A stretch of 64,000 bases of DNA from Synechococcus sp. (GCA_047285305.1 JBJBDL010000003.1:1600001-1664000), one strand, 5' to 3'. Shown: positions 20,606-29,779, numbered from the stretch's first letter. Notes: generated by a model not told the origin, from the letters alone. Made by a program: numbers and translations.

Positions 20606-21877
20606 AGCCGAAGCCATCCGGGCTGGTGCTGCTTCGGCAGTGCCGTCATCTCAAGCTCCAGTGAGGTGCCTTGCCAAGCAACAGCGACAACCCCAACCGA
20701 GCCAATTGATCCGGTCGTGCTCGAAGGCGAAGCTGCTGTTGGCCCATCCGTTTCAGCGGATCGCTGAGGAGGTTCAGGGCATCCCCCAGGGCAAGCAGCA
20801 ACTCAACTTGGCCTGGAAGTGAAGAACCCAGCGACCAACCACCTTGGGGATGGCCCTGGGGATCCAAGCAAACAACATTGACACGGTTTGAGGGTCGACC
20901 ATCCGGAGACAAAGAGGGGCGTTCAACCCGTTGAAACCCACGCTTCAACAAGGCGGTGGCAGCGGCACCAAGACCTCGCTTGGTCATGTCGATTACACCA
21001 GCAACCAGCATCAACCTGGTTTGAATCGCAACCTGGAAACGACCAGACTCCAGCTCATCCAGCCGTACAAGGACAGGTGCATTGAGCAGAACATCGCGCA
21101 ATTGCTTTGGCAGTCCAAAACGACTGTGGAGTTGTTCTGCGATCAGTGAATTGTTGAACAAGTATCCCAGCAGCGGCTGCAGGGAAACGATGTTGAGCTC
21201 CAGGTAGGCCGACGGCGGATCGAAGCGAACGAAATTGGCTTGGTGTTCCGGGTGGTGAGCCTGCAGGGACGCGAAGGGGCTGGAGGCCACAGGCCCTTCA
21301 GCCATCAGACGATCGCCCTGAAGCGCAACACGCAGGCAGCCATGCGACACGCTCGCCAAGACGGGGAAAAAGAACCGCTGATCGAGGCCAAGCTCTAGGG
21401 TTGCCACTGAATGGCTGATCCGCTGGTCAACAGCCGTAAGCAGCTCTGTTCCATGGTCGAGGGCTACCGTCGCTTGAACGACGGAAGTTGATCAAAACTG
21501 CTGCGGTGCAGTTCATCAGCAAACAGCAGATCCAGAGCAGACGAATGCAATGCGGACGGAAGAGCCAGAAGGGGTTCACCGTCGTCCAGCCAGATCAGCC
21601 ACCAGTTGACGCGACCATGACGGGCCCAGCGATCAGGGGCTTCCGAAGAACCAAGCCGCTGCTGCCAAAACTTCGGTACCGGTGCAGCTGGGTCCGCCTC
21701 AAAACTCTGAACCAACCGTGCCCTCCGACTGATCTCAAACAGCTCTGCTGTTCCACCGCGATTCAGGGAAGGCGTATGCAGGCTGAAGGTGCTCAGCAGC
21801 AAGGCGGATAAAAAAGCACAACCCCAAAAGAAGGGCTGTGCGGGGGTGATGTGCAAATTGGCGTCGGATGGACGCAA
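20587..21877 (-). pseudogene. Disrupted ~420-aa hypothetical gene
   Basis: Two ORF fragments are joined by in-frame TAGs (21464, 21395) and a frame change at the A5 run 21367-21371; a further shifted tail LELEMTALPKQHQPGWLRLQLDVR ends at 20587. Confidence 0.65.
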
Positions 21878-22027
21878 TCAGGAGGACGACTTGGTTGACC
21901 CTTGACGGCGTCGACGGTCTCTCCATTCGATCGTTGAGAGATAGATCACGGCAACGCTGACGAAGACAAGAAGCACAGCTGCCGTGACCGCCAGGGTCTG
22001 GCTGAGAAGGGGTGCGTCTTGAAGCAC
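21878..22027 (-). CDS. Small single-pass membrane protein (49 aa)
   Basis: VLQDAPLLSQTLAVTAAVLLVFVSVAVIYLSTIEWRDRRRRQGSTKSSS, directly after petN; not in the ORF track. Confidence 0.7.
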   Translation of the reverse strand: MLQDAPLLSQTLAVTAAVLLVFVSVAVIYLSTIEWRDRRRRQGSTKSSS

Positions 22028-22035
22028 AGCTTCGA

Positions 22036-22137
22036 TCAGAAATTCAGGGTGCCGTCACCATTGCGTCCCCAGACGACCATGGCTATGGAAAAACTGAACA
22101 TGGCTGCCAAGGACGCCCAACCCAGAGTGAACAACAT
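22036..22137 (-). CDS. petN: Cytochrome b6f subunit PetN
   Basis: Manual translation: [33 protein letters not shown]. Confidence 0.95.
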   Translation of the reverse strand: MLFTLGWASLAAMFSFSIAMVVWGRNGDGTLNF

Positions 22138-22209
22138 CCGCTTGACCACTTGACTGGTGTGATCCTACCTAGGGTTCAGCACCTTTACGTCCGCCCGAAG
22201 GCATCTGTC

Positions 22210-22506
22210 ATGACCAGCTCCAGCCCCGGTTCATTAGCAGTGCTGGAGCGTCAGGGAACAACCCAGCGCTACCCCCAGGCTCGCGTGATCGTTCTGGACG
22301 ACGATGTGAACACCTTCCAGCACGTGGTGGATTGCCTGCGCAAGATCATTCCAGGCATGAGTGAGGACAACGCCTGGAACCTCGCCAACAGGATTGATGG
22401 GCAAGGTGCGGCTGAAGTTTGGTGCGGCCCCCTGGAGCAGGCCGAGCTGTACCACCAGCAGCTTCAGGCCGAGGGCTTAACGATGGCCCCTCTGGAACGC
22501 TGCTGA
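22210..22506 (+). CDS. clpS: Clp protease adaptor ClpS
   Basis: RVIVLDDDVNTFQHVVDCL...GPLEQAELYHQQL. Confidence 0.92.
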   Translation: MTSSSPGSLAVLERQGTTQRYPQARVIVLDDDVNTFQHVVDCLRKIIPGMSEDNAWNLANRIDGQGAAEVWCGPLEQAELYHQQLQAEGLTMAPLERC

Positions 22507-22507
22507 G

Positions 22508-22735
22508 TCAGGCCGCCGGCTTGCGGCTGGCTTTGGTAAGGCGCAGCAGATCAGCCACCTGCAGACGCTGCAGCTGCTCGTCCATCACGAAACGCACCAC
22601 ACGGCCAGGGCACAAGGCCAGGCCCCGAACCTCCGTTCCGTGAATCTCAGCGGTGAGCATGCGGGCCTGGGGGCCGCATGCATCCTGAAGCGGTCCGCTA
22701 ATCACGTGGCGGAGAGCATCTACTGATTTCAGCAT
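22508..22735 (-). CDS. Conserved hypothetical protein
   Basis: Fills the gap; codon usage like the core genes; EVRGLALCPGRVVRFV. Confidence 0.65.
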   Translation of the reverse strand: MLKSVDALRHVISGPLQDACGPQARMLTAEIHGTEVRGLALCPGRVVRFVMDEQLQRLQVADLLRLTKASRKPAA

Positions 22736-22809
22736 CACAGCCCCGGAGCGCTCTCTCTGGCATAGCCAAAGTGGCTAACTTTCACCAGTTCTCGGGTTTT
22801 CGTTCAGCT

Positions 22810-23085
22810 TTGGGCCGGGTCGTCATCACCCACAGCACCTATGTGGACGGCTTGATCCCATGGCTGAAGGCCCTGTCCCATGAGACGGAGATCCAGACAA
22901 TCACCCCTGCCGTGATCAGCCGGGTGCGTGGCCGCAGTCCTGAACTGCAGCTTCGGGTGTCCACCACGATCACAGGGGGATACAAGCTGGTGGCCCGCAA
23001 GGGGACATCAGCCCAAGAAGTCTTTGTGGTGACTTCGATGAGTCGGCCAGACCTGGAACAGGCAGTCCTCCATCACCGCCCCTGA
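22810..23085 (+). CDS. DUF2103 family protein
   Basis: GRVVITHSTYVDGLIPWL...TITPAVI...ARKGTSAQEVFVVT. Confidence 0.82.
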   Translation: MGRVVITHSTYVDGLIPWLKALSHETEIQTITPAVISRVRGRSPELQLRVSTTITGGYKLVARKGTSAQEVFVVTSMSRPDLEQAVLHHRP

Positions 23086-23722
23086 AGGGGGTTGGCCTGA
23101 CTCGAATCCGGCAGCACGACAAGCCTCAGGATGACCAACGGCAACGCTGAGATCTCGGGCACAGAGTTCAGCACTATCGGATCCGCGAAAACATTGGGGA
23201 AGGATGGCTCGGCATGCGACTTAAGCGTCATCCAACAGAAAGATGACAGCTTCGAGCGCGGGGCTACCAAGCAACTCACAAGCAGTGCGCTTGCTACTAG
23301 CCCGAAAACGGGTGAGAAGAATGAAACCAGTACGGAAGGATGGAAAGTGAAGTGATGCGGAAAAGTGATTCTCAACAACACCGACAATCAACAAATTCAA
23401 TTAGCGAACGAATTTGATTCCCTGAATCCATGCACAGTGACATCAACCATTGGCGTCAGATGCAGGAATCTTGAATTCCATGAACAGCGCTTCGGCATCG
23501 GCATATTCTTTCTTTTCGCGCAAATAAAAGACATGAGCTTTCCACCAATCCCAGGTTTCCATTTGAATCAGTTCGTCCAGGCGTGGATCACGCATCGCAG
23601 CACTGCAACCGAGCAAACGCTAAGGACAGGCAAAGCGCTGACAAGCTTTGTTCACACAGCCGTAAGCATCATCGACTACACAACAGTACAGGGGTAGCCT
23701 TGATGGCTGAAGCGATCGATCC

Positions 23723-23989
23723 ATGCCCCTCGAAATTGCCGTCAAACAAGGGCAACAAACAATGGAGAGCATGGGCAGTTTCGACGACCTCGAAGACGCG
23801 TTGACTGAATTCAACGAATTGATCAACCGTCGAAACTGGCATCAGAGCGTGACCACCATCTCGCTGACCGACACCGATAAAAACAAATGTCTCGCCCAGT
23901 ACGCCCTCCAGGAGTTCAACCACTCCGAAGACTTGCCCCACGAAGAATCTCAACCCCAACCCAGACGCAACGAATCTAGAGTGCAATAA
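23723..23989 (+). CDS. Hypothetical protein
   Basis: 88-aa ATG ORF with protein-like composition (SFDDLEDALTEFNELINRRNW). Confidence 0.6.
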   Translation: MPLEIAVKQGQQTMESMGSFDDLEDALTEFNELINRRNWHQSVTTISLTDTDKNKCLAQYALQEFNHSEDLPHEESQPQPRRNESRVQ

Positions 23990-24006
23990 ATGCGGAAAAC
24001 TTCAGC

Positions 24007-24099
24007 ATGAATGGCAAACTTCTGGTGATCGGCATTGGCTCATTCTTCCTTCTATTTTTTGCGGCCGAGTCTTGGTTAATGAGGGGCCTGCCCCACTAA
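24007..24099 (+). CDS. Possible 30-aa membrane peptide
   Basis: MNGKLLVIGIGSFFLLFFAAESWLMRGLPH. Confidence 0.4.
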   Translation: MNGKLLVIGIGSFFLLFFAAESWLMRGLPH

Positions 24100-24265
24100 G
24101 CACAGCTGATACTTGTAAAGCAGTGACAAGAGCGGAGACAAGAAAAGTCACCCAGTGAATCAAGTCAGAAATAACCTTTCATAATATTGACGCACAAACC
24201 AATAGATATTGACTTGCTGATGATTTGGAACAGTCAAAGCCGCGTATCAAATTCAACAAGCAAAG

Positions 24266-24316
24266 GGGGTGAACCGCCATGCCGTGTGAGCCCCAGTGGT
24301 CGACCTGGAAGAACCA
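24266..24316. repeat. 51-bp direct repeat copy 1: displaced 3' end of 6S RNA (att-like)
   Basis: ggggtgaaccgccatgccgtgTgagccccagtggtcgacctggaagaacca; 50/51 identical to 26325-26375. Confidence 0.95.
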
Positions 24317-24570
24317 TGAGGTTCAGCAAGCCTGATAAGAACCGGACAAACGGGTTTTTGACGCCAGCGTGGGGGTCGTTGTGGGGGTCAGATGTCATTT
24401 CGAGTGGGTCAAGAAAGCGGGCGCAAGGGTTGGAGAGGATTAGAGATAAAATTCGCTATTTTCGTGAAGCATTAGAGAATGCAAGATAAAAATGTATTCT
24501 GTTGTGCTGTACAGGATGATTGTTTTCCAAGCAAATATAGGCCCCATTTGTGCTAGCTTTAAAAGAGTAT

Positions 24571-24708
24571 TTATTCTGTCGGGAGATTGTCGCCCTTGTG
24601 TTGCGGCAACTCGGTGGATGCAGGCGTCTTCGCCTTACGGCTGAAGATCAGCTTTGCGATGACAAAGGCAATCGCAATGGCGCCCAGCAGAAAGCCAAGA
24701 AGCTCCAT
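24571..24708 (-). CDS. Small membrane protein (45 aa)
   Basis: MELLGFLLGAIAIAFVIAKLIFSRKAKTPASTELPQHKGDNLPTE; starts 6 nt after the upstream stop. Confidence 0.5.
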   Translation of the reverse strand: MELLGFLLGAIAIAFVIAKLIFSRKAKTPASTELPQHKGDNLPTE

Positions 24709-24714
24709 AACTGA

Positions 24715-24915
24715 TCAGGCTTCGATTTCAGCCTTCTCGTCAGCTTTCTGAGAAACCTCTGTGGAAGTTTGCTCAGCTGTCTCGGCGTTGTGGTGACAGG
24801 CGTTGGCGCCGCCAACGAAAACCAGCACAGCCATGACCGCGGCGATCACCACAGCGGCACGGACGCGCAGGACGCAGTACGAAGCACTGAAGTCAGCCGT
24901 GTTCAGGTGTTTCAT
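24715..24915 (-). CDS. Small secreted protein
   Basis: Hydrophobic signal ending ANA, then CHH and an acidic tail; start is uncertain. Confidence 0.55.
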   Translation of the reverse strand: MKHLNTADFSASYCVLRVRAAVVIAAVMAVLVFVGGANACHHNAETAEQTSTEVSQKADEKAEIEA

Positions 24916-25467
24916 GCCGGTGAAGCTAACGGCGTTTTGAAACCGTAAGCGGGTCATTTGATACGGGTCGGCTCAGACCCTTGAAACGGCCACCGTTATC
25001 GACGGATGAGAGATCTCTCTGAGAAACCAAGAGACGTCTCGTCGGTAGTCCGCGATACCACTGAACAGACGTTCACGGAATTTTCTGGAAACTAAAACCT
25101 GTCGAAAAAGTCGCTGCAAACTCCCACGCGAGACCCCATATTTGGTGCCCAGGCAGGAGACGCGTATCACGTGTCACTGTCCAGGCAGTACCAGGAGAGC
25201 GATCTGGTAACTGGCAGAAATAGCTCCCTTGGCACGAGCGATTGCCAGGGGAAGCTTTCTGCGGTCTTCAAATCTCTGAAGAGAGTTAGTGCATTTGCAT
25301 CAATCGCCTGTATAGCGGCGAACTTGTTCAAGCGGATACCGCATCGCTCGGGCAGAACAGCGTTCTACTCGCGGTTCCGCAATTCTTCTCCCTTGTATCG
25401 GTAAGCGGCTGTTAGCCCACCGATAGAAGGGGTTGGCCTTTCTTATGCGCCAAGGATGGCAGCGAAT

Positions 25468-25641
25468 TCAGCTGTGAAGCAGGAACGCCAGGACATAGCC
25501 AATCACTAGACCTTTGCCAAAGGTGAGGCAGAGCATTTGGTACTTGCTCAGACCAAACCGCTGCCTGATCCGTTTGAGGAACGTCTTATGCCAGAGAACG
25601 AGCAAGTTGCCCGTTTTCTCTTTTTTGGATTTCTTGACCAT
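25468..25641 (-). CDS. Small membrane protein (57 aa)
   Basis: MVKKSKKEKTGNLLVLWHKTFLKRIRQRFGLSKYQMLCLTFGKGLVIGYVLAFLLHS; 20 nt downstream of DUF3104. Confidence 0.65.
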   Translation of the reverse strand: MVKKSKKEKTGNLLVLWHKTFLKRIRQRFGLSKYQMLCLTFGKGLVIGYVLAFLLHS

Positions 25642-25661
25642 CCCTAAAGGATGGCAGCAGT

Positions 25662-25910
25662 TCAGACCCTTGGGCAGATGTGAGTCACCAGGTCGGCGTT
25701 GACCCAGTTGATGACGCCGGTATCGACATCAGCCACTTGGAACAGCGTTGGAACCTTTGGGTTTCTGGCACCGCCATCGACCCAAATCACATCAGCCATC
25801 CGCCAGGCACCTTCCGTGTCAGTGACGATCACGGTCATTCCTGCTTTGACGTGCAGGAACACGGGATCCGACTTGGGCGCTGCAAAGGCGCTTGCATGAT
25901 CGACCGGCAT
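25662..25910 (-). CDS. DUF3104 family protein
   Basis: FLHVKAGMTVIV...WRMADVIWVDGGARNPKVPTLFQVADVDTGVINWVNADLV. Confidence 0.88.
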   Translation of the reverse strand: MPVDHASAFAAPKSDPVFLHVKAGMTVIVTDTEGAWRMADVIWVDGGARNPKVPTLFQVADVDTGVINWVNADLVTHICPRV

Positions 25911-25922
25911 ACCCTTCTTACT

Positions 25923-25941
25923 GGTACACCTGTATTAGTAC
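25923..25941. promoter_or_regulatory. LexA-type SOS box plus adjacent half-site
   Basis: GGTAC-ACC-TGTATT-AGTAC, 12 nt upstream of the DUF3104 start; cyanobacterial consensus is RGTAC-N3-DGTWCB. Confidence 0.65.
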
Positions 25942-26324
25942 AGGAAGGAGGGGTTGGGCAACGGAAACAGCCTGAAGAAAACAGGAGGCTTCGGCGAAGC
26001 ATTCAAATGGCAGGCGCATCTTGACCCTGCAGGCATGAGGGATCTGCTTGCCGCTGGGAGTCGAGGACCACTTGGCCTCCTCCCACACCAATGGGGAGTC
26101 GAGGTCCATTAGGCCTCTTCCCCACACCTTTCAAAAACCAGCAGAAATTTCTGGAGTCCTTATGCGTATGGACATGGGACTGAAATGCCCCCATACCCCT
26201 CTTCGTTCTGATGCGACAAAGAGCCAATTCGTTTGTACGACTCCATAAGCCCCACTGATCAAATTTGTGGGGTTTTTGTGGGGGTTTCTCAGGTCAACAA
26301 AACCCGAGACTCATTGGTATTAAA

Positions 26325-26375
26325 GGGGTGAACCGCCATGCCGTGCGAGCCCCAGTGGTCGACCTGGAAGAACCA
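26325..26375. repeat. 51-bp direct repeat copy 2 (3' end of 6S RNA)
   Basis: Matches 24266-24316 with one mismatch. Confidence 0.95.
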
Positions 26376-26510
26376 GAAGGGGCAACAAAGTGGGGTTTCG
26401 TTTCCGGCTGCATGGCCGGTCTACGTCACCGTCACGACAGTCTCCCCAAGTCGAAAGAGAGTCAGATCAGAGCACTAGAAAAAGGCCGTCACCAACACAG
26501 CAGTTCATAA
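26325..26510 (-). ncRNA. ssrS: 6S RNA (SsrS/SsaA, Yfr7)
   Basis: About 185 nt right after purK, the known locus in marine picocyanobacteria; the 5' TGAACTGCTGTGTTG pairs with the 3' CGGCATGGCGGTTCA to close a long rod. Ends are approximate. Confidence 0.88.
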
Positions 26511-26516
26511 CCAACT

Positions 26517-27677
26517 CTAGTCCTGACTCTCGCTCTCGAGGGGCCAGATCCGGCGAATGGCGGCAAGTGCTGACTCAGCCTCATCACGCCGCTTGAGGAG
26601 CGTGTCACCCTCGAGCAGCAGCGTCACATGCCCCAACTTGCGGCCCGGGGTTTCCGGTGACTTGCCGTACCAGTGCAGATGCAGCCCCGGGATGGCCTCC
26701 ACGGCCTCAAGCCGCTGATCCAAAGGAGGATGACGCTCGGGGGCCAAGCCGAGAAGGTTGACCATTAAGGCACCACGGCTTTTGAGCTGGGGATCAGGCA
26801 CGGGAAGGCCAGCCGCGATGCAGAGCTGCTGATCGAACTGACTGCTGGTGCAGGCCTCGATCGAGAAATGCCCGGAATTGTGGGTGCGTGGAGCAATTTC
26901 ATTCACCTGCAGGCCAGCTGGCCCATAGAAAAACTCCAGAGCCAACACCCCCACATAGCCGAGCTTCGTCATCAGAGAAGCCGCCACGTTGTAGGCCAGC
27001 GCACCAACCGAAGGATCCACGGGAGCAGGGGCCAAAACCCAGTCACAGACTTGTCGGTGTTGGTGGGTTTGCACCAGCGGAAAATGGCGGATCCGGCCGC
27101 GCTGATCGCGGCTGACCACGAGAGCCAACTCCAGCTCGTAGTCCACCCAGGATTCCAACAGCCAGTCGTCGGCGGGGACCGCCCGCAACAACTGCGCCAG
27201 GCCATCGATGTCGCGCAACACCACTGTGCCCTTGCCGTCGTAACCACCACGGGAGGCCTTGGCCATGACAGGGAATGTCCAGCCCTGAGGAAGCACGGGT
27301 TGGGCCGGTGAAAGCCAACTCAGCGGACACCAGGGCGGGCTCGGGATCGCCAGGTCGTCGAGCAGATGTCGCTGCGACAACTTGTCCACCAGGGGCGAAA
27401 GCGCAGCCAGCGATGGCTGGAAACGAACCCCCTGCTGCTCCAGCGGCAGAAGGGCATCGATATTGACCCACTCGTTCTCGAAGGTGATGCCGTCACAGCC
27501 CACCACCAGCTCCCGGGTCCCTGCCACATCCCGGGGATCCGCTACCACGAGGCGCGAGGCCAAACCAGCCGCGGGATCAGCTGCATCATGAGTTTGAACA
27601 GCGATGGGAACATCGCGTTGCGCGGCGGCCTGCACAAGCATCCGTGCCAGCTGACCACCTCCCACAACGCCGATCAT
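26517..27677 (-). CDS. purK: N5-carboxyaminoimidazole ribonucleotide synthase
   Basis: IGVVGGGQLARM, TFENE, GGYDGKG, NEIAPRTHNSGH and GRKLGHVT. Confidence 0.96.
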   Translation of the reverse strand: MIGVVGGGQLARMLVQAAAQRDVPIAVQTHDAADPAAGLASRLVVADPRDVAGTRELVVGCDGITFENEWVNIDALLPLEQQGVRFQPSLAALSPLVDKLSQRHLLDDLAIPSPPWCPLSWLSPAQPVLPQGWTFPVMAKASRGGYDGKGTVVLRDIDGLAQLLRAVPADDWLLESWVDYELELALVVSRDQRGRIRHFPLVQTHQHRQVCDWVLAPAPVDPSVGALAYNVAASLMTKLGYVGVLALEFFYGPAGLQVNEIAPRTHNSGHFSIEACTSSQFDQQLCIAAGLPVPDPQLKSRGALMVNLLGLAPERHPPLDQRLEAVEAIPGLHLHWYGKSPETPGRKLGHVTLLLEGDTLLKRRDEAESALAAIRRIWPLESESQD

Positions 27678-27729
27678 CGTGTCCGAGCTGATGTCCGCAG
27701 CTTGCCACTTTGCAGGGTCGATGACAGTT

Positions 27730-28617
27730 TCAGCTCAGGGGCCGATCGCCGGCAAAGGCCAACCGGATCATGGTGAACAACAACACCAACAGGAACAGCG
27801 CCAGGCCCAGGGTGCAGGCGTAGCTGATCTCCAATTCGGCAAAGGCCTGGTCGTACACGTAATAAACGACGGTTCGCGTGGCATCCGCAGGACCTCCCTG
27901 CGTCATGAGGAACACTTCCTCGAACACCTTCGTGGCAGCGATCGACGACACCACGGCGACCAGGGTCACATAGGGACTCATCAAGGGCAGGGTGATGTCG
28001 AGATGCTTTCTCCAGCCCTCGCTGCCATCCAGCTCAGCCGCCTCATAGAGCTCCTGGGGAATGCCCTGCAGACCCGCCAGAAAAATCACCATGTAATAAC
28101 CAAGTCCCTTCCAGAGGGTCACCAACATCACTGCGGGCAGGGCCAGCTGCGGCGTGGTGAGAAAACCAATCGGGCTGAAGGCGTCACCGAGCAAGGCGCT
28201 CAACCATCCATTGATCAGTCCGTTCTCGGCATAGAGCCAGCGAAAGGCGATTGCTGCAACAACGATCGACACCAGCACCGGGGTGTAAAAAGCGCCCCGC
28301 AGAAGAGACCGACCGGGCAGCCCCTGGTTCACCAGCACCGCCAACGCCAGCGCCCCCAGAACGATGGGAGGCACCACACCAACCAGATAGAGGAAGGTGG
28401 TTATAAGCACCTGCCGCGCCATCGGATCCGACAGCAGGCGCTCCAGGTTGGCCAAACCAACAAAACGCAGGGGTTCACTGACATCCAGCCCCATGGTGGT
28501 GAAACTCATCACCAGAGCCATCAGTGCCGGCACCAGCACCGACAAACTGATCAGCACCACAGCCGGCAACATGAACGCCCAGGCCGAAAGGGAGTTGCGC
28601 ACTGATCTTTCGCGCAC
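27730..28617 (-). CDS. Carbohydrate ABC transporter permease (LacF-like)
   Basis: WKGLGYYMVIFLAGLQGIPQELYEAAELDG; start is approximate. Confidence 0.9.
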   Translation of the reverse strand: MRERSVRNSLSAWAFMLPAVVLISLSVLVPALMALVMSFTTMGLDVSEPLRFVGLANLERLLSDPMARQVLITTFLYLVGVVPPIVLGALALAVLVNQGLPGRSLLRGAFYTPVLVSIVVAAIAFRWLYAENGLINGWLSALLGDAFSPIGFLTTPQLALPAVMLVTLWKGLGYYMVIFLAGLQGIPQELYEAAELDGSEGWRKHLDITLPLMSPYVTLVAVVSSIAATKVFEEVFLMTQGGPADATRTVVYYVYDQAFAELEISYACTLGLALFLLVLLFTMIRLAFAGDRPLS

Positions 28618-28663
28618 AGGACCAGCGACACTGTTGCGAGAGTAGGTCGGTTCCAACGGTTTC

Positions 28664-29779
28664 ATGACCACAATCACCCCGTTGCATCACATCCGCGTTG
28701 CGCTGGAGCGCAATCCCTACGACGTGGTGATTGGAGACGGCGGCCTGGCCAGGCTTGGGCAGCAGATGCTGGACGCTGGAGTACAGGCTGGTCGGCGTGT
28801 ACTGGTGGTGAGCAATCCGGATGTCGCCAGACCCTACGGCGACGCCTGCCTGAACAGCCTCAGAGAGGCAGGTTTCAGCGTGGAGCTGTTGGTGATTGAC
28901 GCCGGCGAAACCCAGAAGACACCAGCCACGGTGGCGGAGATTCACGATGCGGCTTACAACGCCAAGCTGGAACGCAGCTCCTTGATGGTGGCCCTCGGCG
29001 GCGGCGTTGTGGGGGACATGACCGGATTTGCGGCAGCCACCTGGCTGCGAGGCATCCAGGTGGTGCAGGTGCCGACAACCCTGCTGGGCATGGTGGATGC
29101 GTCGATCGGTGGCAAGACCGGGGTCAACCACCCCCGCGGCAAAAACCTAATCGGCGCCTTTCACCAGCCGCGGCTGGTGCTGATCGATCCCTCCACCCTG
29201 AACACCCTGCCCAAACGCGAGTTCCGGGCCGGCATGGCCGAGGTGATCAAGTATGGAATTCTCGGCGACACGGCGCTGTTCGAGGAACTGGAGGCCTGCG
29301 CAGACCCGAGCACGCCCGCTGGGCTTGGAGCCGAAAGTCTGAGCTCGATCCTGCAGCGATCGGCCGCGGCCAAGGCCCGGGTGGTAGCCGCCGACGAAAA
29401 GGAAGGTGGCTTACGAGCGATCCTCAACTACGGCCATACCTTCGGCCATGTGGTGGAGACGCTCTGCGGCTATGGCACCTGGCTGCATGGTGAGGCGGTG
29501 GCCATTGGCATGGTGGCCGTGGGTGAACTCGGCGTGCTGCGGGGCAGCTGGAGTCGCGACGATGCTGAGCGCCAACGCCGCCTTATCCACAGCGCCGGAC
29601 TCCCCACCGCCTGGCCGGATCTCTCCGCCGATGCTGTTTTAAACAGTTTGCAGGGGGACAAAAAGGTGCGCAACGGTCGCCTGCGCTTCGTGATGCCGAC
29701 CGGCATCGGAACGGTTGAGATTCGCGATGACGTCAGTCGCGACGAGATCCTGAACTGCCTTGAGCGCCTGAAAGGCTGA
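28664..29779 (+). CDS. aroB: 3-dehydroquinate synthase
   Basis: [41 protein letters not shown] and HGEAV. Confidence 0.97.
   Translation: MTTITPLHHIRVALERNPYDVVIGDGGLARLGQQMLDAGVQAGRRVLVVSNPDVARPYGDACLNSLREAGFSVELLVIDAGETQKTPATVAEIHDAAYNAKLERSSLMVALGGGVVGDMTGFAAATWLRGIQVVQVPTTLLGMVDASIGGKTGVNHPRGKNLIGAFHQPRLVLIDPSTLNTLPKREFRAGMAEVIKYGILGDTALFEELEACADPSTPAGLGAESLSSILQRSAAAKARVVAADEKEGGLRAILNYGHTFGHVVETLCGYGTWLHGEAVAIGMVAVGELGVLRGSWSRDDAERQRRLIHSAGLPTAWPDLSADAVLNSLQGDKKVRNGRLRFVMPTGIGTVEIRDDVSRDEILNCLERLKG

Larger units (their letters stand above)
24266..26375. mobile_element. Small integrated element or island relic at the 6S RNA 3' end
   Basis: Flanking 51-bp direct repeat, internal GTGGGG(G)T tandem motifs near both ends, lower GC and small cargo ORFs; no intact integrase. 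Confidence 0.8.

Noticed and set aside
25918..26260. Integrase gene or remnant inside the 6S element
   Set aside because: Short ORFs in several frames show no recognisable R-H-R-Y catalytic or arm-binding signature; this needs BLASTx.
24266..26375. The 51-bp repeat as a CRISPR or tRNA fragment
   Set aside because: There are only two copies 2 kb apart, with no spacers, cas genes or T-loop/CCA pattern; it matches the 6S 3' end instead.
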